The translations under genes and the position numbers were made by a program. Source: Convolutriloba macropyga (lineage: Eukaryota). From it: a DNA stretch of 64,000 nucleotides. How positions within the stretch are numbered: the first letter of the stretch is position 1; every line of letters starts with the position of its first letter. The stretch spans positions 5,270,001 through 5,334,000 of the forward strand of contig NC_134476.1 in NCBI RefSeq assembly GCF_964194025.1, written 5' to 3'. Below are positions 44,626 through 57,457 of the stretch, in pieces. The notes under the pieces were generated by a model. That model saw only the letters and a program-made list of their open reading frames with translations, was not told the DNA's origin and did not search any database.

Positions 44626-44682
44626 TTGGTTTATTTTAAGTGATTACAGTTTTCAGAAGATAGAATATTTATGCGAGCCTAG

Positions 44683-44694
44683 CTGGTCGCACCA
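44683..44694 (-). promoter_or_regulatory. Primer-binding site
   Basis: TGGTGCGACCAG a few bp inside the 5' LTR; the TGG is complementary to tRNA CCA. Confidence 0.8.
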
Positions 44695-44698
44695 TTTT

Positions 44699-45390
44699 AT
44701 ACTAGAGGGTATGGGGGTGCGAGGTTTATCTTAAACTTCTGACTCGATGGTCGTATCTTCTTAAACCTGATAAGTCTCATAAAAGTAATTAATGATCTAA
44801 GTCAGTAAATTTGACTAACTCTCTATTGATAAGATTTATATTAGCTTTATAGAAATTTAACATAGGCAAAATTACAGCTCCAGTTGTATGGTTAAAAGAG
44901 TTTAAACTCAAGGTTATAAAAGTTAACTTATAAAAAAGGAGAAGGTCGGAAAAGTTAGTAAAAACTTTACTAACTTGAAGTATTATCAGGAACTATTTAT
45001 CTCTTCTTGAATAAGTTCTGATTTGGATAATATCTCTAACTATTCCTTTATCGTAATAGTTGAGAAAAGGGTTTGGCAATTCCACTTTGAAATACTTTTA
45101 TTTTGAGACTACTTTCTCAATTTGAAGACATTAAATTCTCAGTCACTCTGAGTTATTAATTCTTAATTTCTCAAACGTACTTTTTGCTTTGGTGTATATA
45201 GTTTTTATAACGGGATAGTTCCATTGCTGTTAGCCAGACGGTAAAATTTCCATTGGACATTTTACATAATGTGAATGGTTCAGCTAATTGCGTAATTCTA
45301 TTTTTAGAATGATGTAATTTGAATACTTATCTTAGTTAAGCTAAGTATTCTATATTCCAAATGTAAGAATTAACTTGTACTTCAGTACAT
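44699..45390 (-). repeat. 5' LTR
   Basis: Direct repeat of 33679-34401; adjacent to the PBS. Confidence 0.93.
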
Positions 45391-45827
45391 CATTTACATA
45401 CAAAAGAAAGGACTTAAACTCATTTATTTCAAAAAAAAGTCCGACAGTGCTTATGACATCTTTGTTAAAAAATAATATACTTAACATCTACCAGCTTCAT
45501 ATATACGAGTTATTGAAGCTAGTTTTTAAGTCATTGAGTGGATTACATCGTGAAAGTTACCTTAATTCTATGTTCTCGTATTCGCCAACAAGACCTACGC
45601 GAAGTGCATCAAAAACATTACTAATGGAAGCATCTTGTAAACGAATGATTGAAAAACGATCATTTAAACCCAGAGTTTCGAAGCTCTTTAATGCATTGAG
45701 GAAAGCCGATGTTCTTCCCTACAATATTATTGGATCAAATGTAAAAGTTACGAAAAGTTTTTATCATAAATTTAAGGATACAGTTTTGGTTAAAAACGAT
45801 GATATAGTGAAACACATCTTTGAATAA
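45391..45827 (+). mobile_element. 3' part of the interrupted LINE (ORF2 C-terminus)
   Basis: NILNIYQLHIYELLKLVFKS parallels KILTVFELHVYELLKFVLKS of the LINE at 53222. Confidence 0.88.
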
Positions 45828-46470
45828 TTTTTCTGGGAAATCCTATAAAACAACCCCTTGGATAAATGCTATCAGACACCTACTTTGGAAATCGGATTTT
45901 TGTGACAAAAATAAGCTCTCAATTCCTTCTAGATTCCGAGTTATCGCAATTTCTAAAAATTTTTGAATTTTTCTCGCTAAAATTGCTTCTAAACAACTTA
46001 CATTTTTATACCGAAAAACTTTGGAGGCCAATTTTATGCCTCCAGTAGGTTTAATGAGGTTTAATTATGTAACTTTTGACGACTGTAGCAAAAGCATTTT
46101 CTAAGTTTTCGGTTTCTTTAAGTCCATTTCGTCAATAACGATGATATAGTGAAATACATCTTGAATAATTTTTCTAGGAAATCCTAAAAAATTACCCCTT
46201 GGATAAATGCTATCAAACATCTACTTTGGGAATGGGATTTTTGTGAAAAAATATGAGCTCTCAATTCCTTCCAGTTTCAAAGTTATCACAATTTTTCAAA
46301 ACTTTTGAATTTTTCCCGCTAAAATTGCTTCTGAAAAATTTTTAAACCGAAAAATTTCGGAGGCCTATTTTATGCCTCCAATAGGTTTAACTAAGTTCAA
46401 TTAGGCCGCTATTAAATTTTGACGACTGTAGCAAAAACAATTTTTAAGTTTTCATTTTTTTAAAGTCCAT
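45796..46470. repeat. Tandem duplication, 2 x ~341 bp
   Basis: AACGATGATATAGTGAAA...AAGTCCATTTC at ~45796 and ~46137. Confidence 0.85.
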
Positions 46471-46730
46471 TTCCTCATTTTTCTATGTTTTTGTTATAGG
46501 AACTTCTTTATTAAAATAGTCCTTCTGCCTAGTTTACAGAGTCTCTAAGGGCAGGGCGCGTGGGACTAAATACCCCGTTGCCTGTCCACTTTAATCATGT
46601 TTGTACGAGTCAATGTTTACGTTTATTTTTTGTACTTGTTGTAACTTATTTGGTACTTGATCAGAGAATTAAATTCTTTCTTTCTTTCTTTAGTGGAATT
46701 ATTTTCACATTAAATTTATGTACAAAACAG

Positions 46731-49700
46731 CTAAATTCTAGAATTTCTCATTCTCGACGTGATTTCATCCTCGTCATCTTTGCTGTTCCGATCAGTCGTT
46801 TGCACTTTAGGGCCACCCATTGAAACATGTGCATCTGATTTGAGTCCTGATACGCCTTTAATTTCGTCCCATTTCAACTGTTGATCATTTTGACTGACAC
46901 GTTTAACTTTTCTCGCTCGTCCTGTCATATTTTGCCGGTACTGAACCATTCTGTTAAAGTCTATAATGTACACATAGCCACTGATCATAACTTCAAACTG
47001 GCCCAGTTCTGCCAAACTGTTCACGTTTTCGTCTCGACTCAATTGGGCAAATGAAGTTTTGGGTTTCTGATGGGACGTAGCAGGTTGATGCAGTAAACTG
47101 GGCTGAGATTTGATACTTTGGTAGGTTGTGTGGAACTTTTCCAGTTCTCTACTGGTTCGCTCATCGTATTCCCACCAACCTGAAAAGGTAAACCAAAAAG
47201 TGTATGCATTTCAAGGTTTTAAACGAGAACACCAAAACAACTGAGCATATAGAGATATAGAGTTGTTTATTCCGGACTGAGAGAATTGCGCGGGTTGTAC
47301 ATTACACGACTCTTGCAACTTTCCATGCAGCTTATATGCAGTTTGCTTTTTTGAACAAGTACATTTGATTTATCCGGGTTACCAGTGATCCGGGTTAATT
47401 GTTCCGACCCCCACTTTAGTGGGGAGGGGGGAACTATATACTCAAATGTTTTTTTCGTTCAGTAAATTTTGGCCGATCGATATATTCATCGCAGAGAGTT
47501 GAGACTGGTATCATTAGAAAGCTCGTCCAGCGTAGAATCTGGAATTAGAAAGATTTTTTTAATTTTCGTTTTTGACAGGGAGTAATCGATGTTTAAAGAT
47601 TTGTGAACATTCGAGTTTTTATTCACATTTTATGTAATTTTTGCTAAAACTCGGCTCAATTTTGCTAATATAATTTAAAATAAGTTAAAATTTTTAACGC
47701 TAGAGTGTTATTGTTACCGTTAGTAGAAGAGCGTTGCTGAACTGTTTGGAGATTTTTTTGGCTGGAAATTTTGATAACATTTTTGAAATTCAGACATTTT
47801 TCATCAAACAATGCACAAAATATGCTTTTTTGAACCACTTTGTTTAAGTTTGCCAAAATTGGAGAACTGAAATCCGGCGCCCTAGAAAAGTCATGTGGAA
47901 TTAAAATTTTGCCGTTTTTTCAAAATTTAAATCGATAATTATACGAAATGCATCATACATTTTTTTATTTTTGAAATATTTCCCGTAACAATTTGTCTCG
48001 TTCGCAAACATTTGAAACTCATGGGTGGTCTTTTGGACGCGTGCCATAATCAAGGATAGGTTTGGTATCATCAAGGATTCTTACAAGTTTTTTTAATTTT
48101 TATTTTGGTGCTGCCCTTTCAAAGCAATTTTGTTTTTATTGTTTTTTAATGCTGATTACTGACAAAAAAATTTCAAATCACGGCTCAATTAATGGCAACT
48201 CTCAATTACGTAAAAATGATGCCAACTGTAGATATAGTATGTTTTCAGAGAACAATGGTTTTATGGCTTTGAAGAAGATATTTAGTGAATTTTAATTGAA
48301 TTCTCATGTCTTGCATTCAATTATTACTCTTCGCAGTCTGAGTACTGGGTCGAGCTGAAAAAATCCAAATGGCTTCTTCGAGAGGTGTAGGTGAACCTCT
48401 ACAATGCATTCATTTGTTATCAAATGCCTTATGACACTGAATATATTTGTTTTAAGAAAATTTCAGTGATTTTTTGAACTTGTCAATTAATCATCTTATT
48501 TCTGTCAACTTTTACCTTAATTTCAGTAAATAGAGGTCAAAAATTCTCTCATAAAAGATACAAACTAATCTTTGCGGATCTTTTTTCATAATTTCAGCTT
48601 CTTGGTTTTGGTACTACATTTCGTACAAAACTGATTTTTGTGCATAATTGCCCATTTTTGCTGTTCTTTTTGTTTCTTTGTTAATTGTCACATTACTTAA
48701 CAATCAAACTAAAAAAGAGTCGCAAAAATTGTAACTGAATATACTTATTGTTTTCAAAGCCAATGATTTTAAGGGCTGCTACACCGTTCTCTTGCAGAAA
48801 TCTGTATAGTATTTTATATTTTGCCCTGTATTTGTTAATTTTTGTTGCATGCCAAATTTTGGACAATGAAAGAACTCAATGGCCAATAGACACGAATTAT
48901 TAAATGAACTTAATAACTGATATCAGTATATAACTAATGGTTTTATTGACTTTCAGATTAATTTTTTTCAGAAAAAATGAAAGAAATCTTTAACTTATCC
49001 ATTTTTGTTCTGATTTTCGTCTTTTTGTATTTTACAATTTTGTATCCACTTCGTTATTTAGCGTCATTATTAGGAGATCTTGTTTTTGTTTGTTGAATCA
49101 AACGATATAATTTTTCTTTTCGTTAAACGTTTTGACTGATGTCTTTGGGATTAGACGATTTGTTTAGGAAGAATAATGTCAGATTTAGATACTTTTCCAT
49201 TTTTGTAGTTTTTTTTGTTGTCATTTTGAGATAGTCGTTTTACAAAAAGACTATGATGTTCAAAGGAGACGCAAGTAAAGATTTAATTTTCTCGGTGTTA
49301 ATATTTTATAAATGTAATGGCTTCAACACGATGGTTTCGTAAAGTTGTTTGTGAAATTTCTTAGCTCTGCCTGTATTTAAAGTTATTTTATAGTCTTATG
49401 AGTTGGTCTCACTAATAACAGGCGCAATTACTTTTCGAGGAAGTTGCAAAATGAACTGTCTACTCATTAAGTCAAAACTGAGCTTATGTTGGCCATGAAT
49501 TTTGAAAACTCGCTTTTAAAAAAGACAATGAATTTCTGAGCTTTGCCAATCTTATTTCTGTTAACTTGTAGCTTAGTATTTCTATAGACAAGTCACATCC
49601 TTGACCTATTGAAATAAAATTTCCTCTTTATAACCGTTTTGTTTTCCTCGAATGGTTTCTGTCACAACGAGTTTTCATAAAATATTAGTGGTTTTTGTAT

Positions 49701-51544
49701 AATCGCGCATTTTTGTAGGTTTATGTTTTCTTTTCACATTATCACAATTATGGGCGGTTCTCTGGCCATTTGAAAAAAAAACCAATTAAGAATTGTTAAT
49801 GTCATTAATGAGCAGCTCATTGATTTCAGTTGATGCATTATAGTTCAAATCAGTTTGACATTAATTCTTTTCAGAGAAAGCAACGTTTTATTAAACTTTG
49901 CTCTTGCTCAATTCTTGACTTGTTACCAAGTCGCATTGAGGAAAAGTCCCAATTTTTTTCTAATGAAGTACATGTTAATCTTCTTTAGTATATGTTTTAT
50001 CTGATGCTATTTTGATATAGATATTAATGGTTTTAAAAAACTGGACAACGAGTTTTGGTCGTAATTAATATTTGTAATTATTTGATTTTATCACCGTCTT
50101 TTCTGGTAGTCATATTAATGACAGGTCTCATCGGCCCTCTAAGGTAGATTGTTTTATTCATTTAGTAATTTGCTGAACGATATGTAATTGTTTTAAATCT
50201 CCTCCTTTTGGTAGAAAATTAAGTGAAAAATGTAGATGAGCGGGGTCGGAACTTTAGGTGCGAACGCACATTATCGAGCCTCCTTATTCAATTTTTTTTT
50301 CAGTCAAATCAGATATTAATTTCGATATACAATTTGTTGATATTTGCTCCGTGAGCTATCATATTTGAAAACAAATCTTACAGCCTCCGATATTTCTTTT
50401 CAGTGGAATAAATTAAACTTTTGTAATAGATGCTGTTTAACATTTCTTTGAAGTTTGTCAAAAAGTTTATTAATCTCACTTTAATTTGAGTGTAAACACT
50501 CAACTTTTGTAAACAGGAGAAAATCAAGGACTAAGCCAATAGAGCCCTATCAGGTTTTACCACCCCCTTTGACATAAATTTATATTTCATGGGCGCGAGT
50601 AGACGTGTTAATCACAAGTCAATTATATCAATCAGCAGGTTAAACACGTGACACAAACCCATCCAAATAAACAAAAAGAACCCAAGCTATTTTTCTTCAA
50701 ACATTTTTACCCCCTTATTTCTAAAAGAGTTGATACATCGTGAAAACTTCGAACGGCGCCACAAGATTTCTCTGTCACAATTGTTGACCAGGTTAAAAAA
50801 AAGGCGTTAGACGTCGTCCATTCTAGCTAGTTGGAAACTGTCTTACCTCTATAGCCCGAATAGTACCACTCAATTTAATTCTATACACACATCGAAATCC
50901 TCTAATTTCGTCCTCTAATTTCTCCCAACGTTTTAAGCCCGGGGTCGTTATAGCACTGATACTTCGGCAAAACTACGAATGAAAACCTAAGGGTTTCTCG
51001 GGTCGCAATATGACAAACGTTAACCCGAGAAGTGGTGGGCTTTAAACATAGCAATTTCTCCATAGTTGAAAAGTGTCTCACCTCTATAGCCCGAGTAGTA
51101 CCACTTAGCTGACTCTTCGATGCCACTAACGCTATTTGAACGACCCTGGTCAAAACCACAACGCCCGTAACTATGCTGCATACTCGTCCCACTTTTACTG
51201 AAACTTTGCTGCGGGTATTTGGGCTTAACAGGGGATAAATTTGAGGGAAATTCCAGATCGAGCAAAGCTTCTGGTTGAGTTAGAATTGTTTGCGATATTT
51301 GAGATCGACACATTGCGCATTTTCCAGTTCGCAAGGCCACGCCTTTGATGCATAAAAAGCAGAATTTGTGTTCACATGAGGGTAATCGGACGGGTAGGAC
51401 AAACGCCTCCAGACAAATTGGGCATTTTGATTCGTCCGGAAGAGTCGGAGATTCGGTGCCAGATATGCCACTTTCTGCTGACATTTTTTTGCAAATTAGC
51501 ACTGCATCAGTATCATTATTTTGATCTGTAAAATTTGTATTCAT
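46731..51544 (-). CDS. RNF146: RING-WWE poly(ADP-ribose)-dependent E3 ubiquitin ligase; exons 51544-51082 and 47179-46731
   Basis: RING CPICL...CEHKFCFLCIKG...CAMCR; WWE KWYYSGYRG|WWEYDERTSRELE...YVYIIDFNRMVQYR...RKVKR; phase-1 GT-AG intron. Confidence 0.93.
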
Positions 51545-52124
51545 CCTTAACTTTTAAAATAATGCGAACTCCTTCCTTTCACTAAATTGAGAACTAAAAA
51601 TAACATGTCCCCCACCCCCCCCCCCCCGACACACAGCAACCCCTCATAACAAACAACACGTACAAACACACACATAGGCGCGACTAAAAAGTTCTTTCAA
51701 ACTTAATTCGAGAACAATCAAGCACCTAAGTCGTCGTCAGAAATCAGAAAAACTTCCGAAACAGAGAATTCAAAAATATTATACAGAAAATAGCAAAAAA
51801 GAAGAGTATTCGGATCAAGCCGAAACTGCGCTAATTTGAATATTCGTGAAACAGACCTCGAAAATTGAGACCAAATATTCAAGGCATAGTGTATCATCAA
51901 GAAACTTGAAAATAAAATCAGTAGATACGAAAAATAAAGACAAAAAATAACTCCGTGAAACCGATAAAACTTCTTTAAAAAGGAAAGAATAAAACACATA
52001 CATAATGACCAAAATTGGTTGGCAGTTCAATGTCACCCTTTGAAATATTAGATTGATCAATGTTTCAACAGCTAACAAATGTGTCAAAAGCCAAAAGATA
52101 AACATAACCGACTAACGTCAGGTG

Positions 52125-52433
52125 AATTGCTCTCAAACGACCAGCGAGCGGTTGACTTCCGTAGTATCCAGCTGCACATTAGGTATGCTAGCATTAGGTG
52201 GGGGGGGGGGGGGGGGGGTGAGCGGAGTGGGAGGTCAAGCTATGGGGGTCGGGTTGGGAGGGCTAGACGAGAGGGGGGTTCAAATCACCAAGGGTACGAG
52301 GGTGGACAGGGGGGATATGCGTTTCGTTGAAACGCATATTTAGAGACTAGCACGGCGTAAGGCATTCGGACTAGTTATCGCATAAAGAACACAGGACTAA
52401 TATATTTGCTACAAACTTCGTTGGAGAGCAATT
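52125..52433. mobile_element. MITE-like element (AATTGCTCTC-type TIR), G-rich interior
   Basis: AATTGCTCTCAAACGA ... TCGTTGGAGAGCAATT. Confidence 0.65.
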
Positions 52434-52749
52434 AATAAGGCTGTGTCTTCCTTTCAAAACATACAATTAAAGATTCCAGTGAACATTGAAAAAAAACGAA
52501 GCCATAAACTAATCTGAAAACTGTTCAACGGCATATTTCAACAAAGTTCCATGCGACAAAATTGCACCACTGCCATAATTTCTTTTGATTCTTTTGTTTT
52601 TGAGTTGGCACAAATTTTGAATACTTTATTTTAAACAATGTTTGTAAATACGAAAGCTTTTAAATATTAGAGAGAGAGAGAGAGTTAATTTATCCTTGCT
52701 TGTATAGTATAAATACAGAACAGCATAGATTTAGTAGAAAAAAAACAAC

Positions 52750-55700
52750 ATAGTATTATTTATCTTCAAGCAAGGAAAGGACACGCAACGAGGTCGTTTG
52801 ACCTACTTCACAGCGTGCCCAGATGTATACAACATAGATGATAAACTTATTAACATTTTTCAAAAATTTTTTTTTTCTTTTTCATTTCTTAACAATGATT
52901 CAAAAACGTAACACAGAACTCAAAAGGTAACTTTGAACAATTCACTACTGGATGCCCTCTTCTATGGCAAATTTTTGCATGCACAAGCGAACATCCAGAC
53001 TTCGCCAACTTTGAAAAAAAGAAGAGAAAAATAAGTTCTTTATATAAAAAAGACTCGAATTGAAGAAACATTGTTAAAAACTATCTTTAGAATTTAGAAA
53101 AATCAAATTTTGACAGCCAAAAACGAATCGCGGTGCCTTCTACGAAGGCACCGCCACAATTTTTGCGTAGATTTTTGTTATTTTGTAAAGAAAGCATCTA
53201 GAATTACAGGGTTCTGGAAATTTAGCAGAAAAACACTTTTCGAATGAGTTCCTCATTTCCAAGAATATAAGATTCTTTTAAATTATGATAGGTCATTGAT
53301 ATTTGGCTATAGGTTGAGCTCCCGATAGAGTCATGCAAGAGTCCTTGAATTTTCAAAACATTGAATAACGTTGAAGCCCGACGACTTATCGAATTTTGCT
53401 CCAATTTAGATCTGCATAACGGCACTTTTAGTAACATGTGTTTTGCTCGTCTTGTCGTTAAAAAATGTCTTTCAAACTGAAACATACTGTTTAGATAGTC
53501 TTCGGCATGGAAACTGTTAATCGATTTTAAAACAAACTTAAGCAGCTCATATACATGTAATTCAAAAACTGTTAGAATTTTGTTTGCACAGAATAGATCT
53601 TCGCTTTGATCGAACCGACTCTTAAAATAAATTAATTTAAGAATTTTCTTCTGTAGCAGATGAATTGGAGCTAAAGACGTGAAGCTAGAGCATCCATACA
53701 CCAAAATTCCATATTGTATGATAGGACATATGATACTCTTGTAATATTCTATTAACTGGTACCTTGGAGCGAAGTGTCTTAATTTTGATATTATACCACA
53801 TTGCCTACTAAGTTTTCCTATGACAAGATCTATATGAGAGCTAAACAACAACTTTGAATCAACTATTATGCCTAAATATTTACATGATGGTTCCAATTTA
53901 ATTTCTTCTGATGCGATGTGGAATCGCTCACTGGAAGCACTTGTTTTTAAATTTAATTGAACCGTTTTTAGCATATTGAGCTTAAGTTTATTTGCATTTA
54001 ACCAAGCGGCTACACTATCTAAGTCATCTTGGATAGCTATTCTTGAGCAACCTAAACTGCAAAGGTTGGTGTCGTCAGCAAAAAGATGGACACTAAGTTG
54101 ATTACACACTCTTGGTAAATCGTTTATATAAATTAAAAACAACAGTGGTCCAAGTATGGAGCCCTGAGGGACACCACAAGTTATATTTAACGAAGTTGAA
54201 GTCACACCGGCCAAGAAAACTCTCTGAGTTCTATTAGATAAATAGCTTTTACACCATTCTAGGCGCTTATGACGAATACCATAACTTTCAAGCTTACGGA
54301 GCAATATTTGATGATCTAGTGTATCAAATGCCTTCTGTAGATCCAGAAAAAAGTTGACAACTTTGAATTGGCTTACTCTTATTCTTTCAGTTAATTTTGC
54401 CAATGCATCTATGGTGGAATGCTTTTTGCGAAAACCAAATTGCTTGCGATAGAGAAGATTAAAATGTTCCAGGTATTCGTAAATTCTAGAGAACATTGCC
54501 CGCTCGTATATTTTACTCCAAACATTTAACAGAGAAATTGGCCTATAATTGTTCTCTTATAGTCTTGATCCCTCTTTATGCAATGGAATGACTTTTGCTT
54601 TTTTGAGCTCAGTGGGAAAAACTCCTTCACGAAATGATTGATTAATTAACAATGTGAGGTATTTCGTGACAACAGATTTTGTTGTCTTCACTACAATATT
54701 ACTAATCTCATCTTCACCGGATGAAGATTTGTCCGGAAGTGAATCAATAATTGCACTTATCTCAGTATCAGAAACTGGATATACTCTCAATGTCATATTA
54801 ACATCAGTCAGGGGTGTGACTGCCTCGGAAGGAATACTGCGCTGAATATTTTTGCCAATACTAGCAAAAAACTCATTAAATTTCTCAGCTACTTGAAGAT
54901 TAGATGAGTTAGGTGCAGTATCCGACATGCACGAGGAAAGCTTTGGAACTGCATTATTTACCAAATGTTTTCCTGACAGCTCATTTAAAAGTTTAAATGT
55001 TTGTCTTGAGTCTCCGATACATTTTTCGAACATGTTTCGATAATAAACCTTTTTCGCCGTTTTAATACTTTTTTCCAATTGAAGTCTAATATCTGTAAAC
55101 TTCTTGCGCAGAGAGCCATTTGACTTGTCTGCTTTCCATTTCCTGTGAATAAGATTCCGCTGCGTACGTATATTTTTTATTTTGTTGTCGAACCATTTAG
55201 GTGTAGAATTTCGATTGTGCGGGGTGATACGTTTTAGTGGAGCGTACTGCTCAGTAACGGTTAGAAAAATGTGATGAAGGCACTAAAGCATGAATTTGCA
55301 CAACTACTGTGTGCTGAAAAAACATTACAAAGTTCGTGACTCAAGGCAGATAAGTAATTTTCAACAATACTGCAGTTACGAAGAAATGATGTATCCCTTA
55401 CAATTTTGCTTTCCAGGTCATTTGCTTTCACTGTCCACTTCAACGTAACAGGAAAATGGTCTGAAAAGCTTTGATTTTCAAGTATGTGAACATCCCCTAT
55501 CAAATTTTGAAAAATGAAGTGGTCTACGCAAGTTGCTGATTTTTCTGTAACACGGGTGGGTTTATTGGGTGTTATAAAAAAAACCATTTGAATGAATGGC
55601 GTTTTTATATTTTTTCGTGAGCAAATTTTGTTTCATCGTATCAATGTTAATATCCCCACATATTACAGTTGGCAAGCATTTGGAATTTAAATTTCCCAAA

Positions 55701-56520
55701 ACTTCTTCTACTAAGTCCACAAAATCAAGTTTATTTGCTCTTGGTTTGTTGTATATTACCACTAGCCGGAACTCGTATCCTTGTTTTTCTATGGTCGCAA
55801 ATAAAGACTCCTCGATCACGCAATCCAGTTCTTTTTGAATAGAGCAGTTAGCTGTTAGTTGAATCATAATGCCACCGCCTTTTGAGTCACGAACTTTTGA
55901 AGCTACATTTTGGTAACCAGTTACCAGTAGTGATTTTGGGTCGTCGTTTTTAGATAGCCAAGTTTCAGTCAAGCAAAGAATATCAGGTGGAGACTCAAGA
56001 CTATGTACAAGTGCTTCCAGGTCCTCTATATGTTTTTTTAAGGAGCGAACGTTTAAATTTAGAATAGTAAGTGAACAAGAATTTGAAGTTTTAGATTTAG
56101 GTGAAGTCACTGCACGAGGAGGTGGGAAAAATATTGCTATGGGATGGTTGGAAACATTTAACAAAGTCTGAAAAATTATAATTCAGGTTCCTGGCTGCTT
56201 CAAGCAGATCAAACACTCTGTACACTCTTTTGTTTTCTTTCCATAGGTAAAAAATCGTGCCCTCCTTTGTCCAGGCTGATTCAACCCTAGGATCTCTTTT
56301 CATCATTGCCAGAAACTTTGCTCTAGCAGGTGATATGTCTTCGAAGATTTTTACATTACTTCTAACTTCCGACAACTTCTTTTTGTTTCGGAGTATCTGC
56401 GTTTTCACCAACCGTCTAGCAAAACGGGCAATAATCACGCGTTCACCCGCTTTCCTGCCTGGGAGTCTATGTGCCGTTGAGATGTCCCTTTCGTCGACTT
56501 CCACTCCAATTATAAACTGA
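52750..56520 (-). mobile_element. CR1/L2-group LINE, 5'-truncated, lightly disrupted
   Basis: ORF1 tail (ISTAHRL...IFEDIS), APE (LNVRSL, LTETWL, GDIN, SDHFP), RT (LDLQKAFD, PQGSILGP, FADDT), 3' UTR stem-loops. Outer limits approximate. Confidence 0.92.
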
Positions 56521-56971
56521 TAAATTTAAATGCCTAAAGAGAAACGCTGGCGTAGAATATTAATCAGTTGTAGATTTCCAAATTGAGAAAAACGGGCTAA
56601 TGGGGCAATGAAATGAATAAAATCAGCAATTATCTCTCAATTCTTATTCGCAAAATTGATAATTGAAAAAACTGTCCGCCACACTATAGCTTTAAAAAAC
56701 AACCATACTATGGATTTCCGAGTCTTTTACCCAAAATATTAACTATCGTATTGGCGTGATGCTGTCCAAAAATTTGAAGCATTTAGCTGGATTACCATTC
56801 CATCTTAGAATCACGTGTTGATTAAACGAGAAAAAAACAGCAAAACTTTGAGGTACAATTTGAAGATTTTACCGTTGCTTTTTAAAATTAAACAAGTAAT
56901 GAGTCTTCTGATATCGCTTTTAAAAATGTAACTGAAGTGTATAAGATATAAATACAACCGAAAAACGGCCA

Positions 56972-57457
56972 AATTGCTGTCAAACGATCGGCGAGCGGTT
57001 GGCTTAATTGAAGGGGCGTGCGTGAGGTGAGCAGAGCGGTGGGGGGGACAGTGAGGGGGGCAACGGTGGGAGGGGGTCTCTGGCTGCGCGGGGCCCTAGC
57101 AGGACTGAACGATGTGCACGGATGGGGGAGTGAAGAGATGGTGGGGCTGATGTGGAGGGGGGTGGGGCTGACTTTTTGGGGGTGAGGCTGATATGGGCGG
57201 GGAGGGGTTCAACCTCAAAGAACCGCCCTTCACATCATAAGTACAAGTCTCCAAAACAGTTTATTTGAATCGAAAACTTGGAAACTAGTGAGCTGAAAGG
57301 CTCTAAAAGAACCTAATGCACGCTGGGCGCTACCTGTTTATACCGTTTTTGAGGACGAAAAGTCAACTGGGTCCGACGAAACTCGGTCACGCAAAAAATT
57401 GCATAAAAAGATCAACAGGACGATTATAATTGCTACAAACTTCGTTTGAGAGCAACT
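56972..57457. mobile_element. MITE-like element, same family as 52125-52433
   Basis: AATTGCTGTCAAACGATCGGCGAGCGGTTG ... TGCTACAAACTTCGTTTGAGAGCAACT. Confidence 0.65.

Larger units (their letters stand above)
33679..45390 (-). mobile_element. Ty3/Gypsy LTR retroelement with env, nested in the LINE; decayed
   Basis: Two ~700-bp LTRs, 4-bp TSD CATT (33675-33678, 45391-45394; ends could be shifted by 1 bp), PBS, order gag-PR-macro-RT-RH-IN-env. The LINE frame LPI|YIQKK rejoins across it. Confidence 0.95.

Noticed and set aside
47401-50252. 2.85-kb DNA transposon in the RNF146 intron bounded by GTTCCGACCCC / GGGGTCGGAAC
   Set aside because: Only an 11-bp inverted match, no clear TSD and no transposase remnant recognised; plausible but unsupported.
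42352-51544. Functional ADP-ribose cluster (macrodomain next to RNF146)
   Set aside because: The macrodomain is cargo of a dead retroelement inserted in a LINE; proximity to the PAR-binding ligase is most simply chance.
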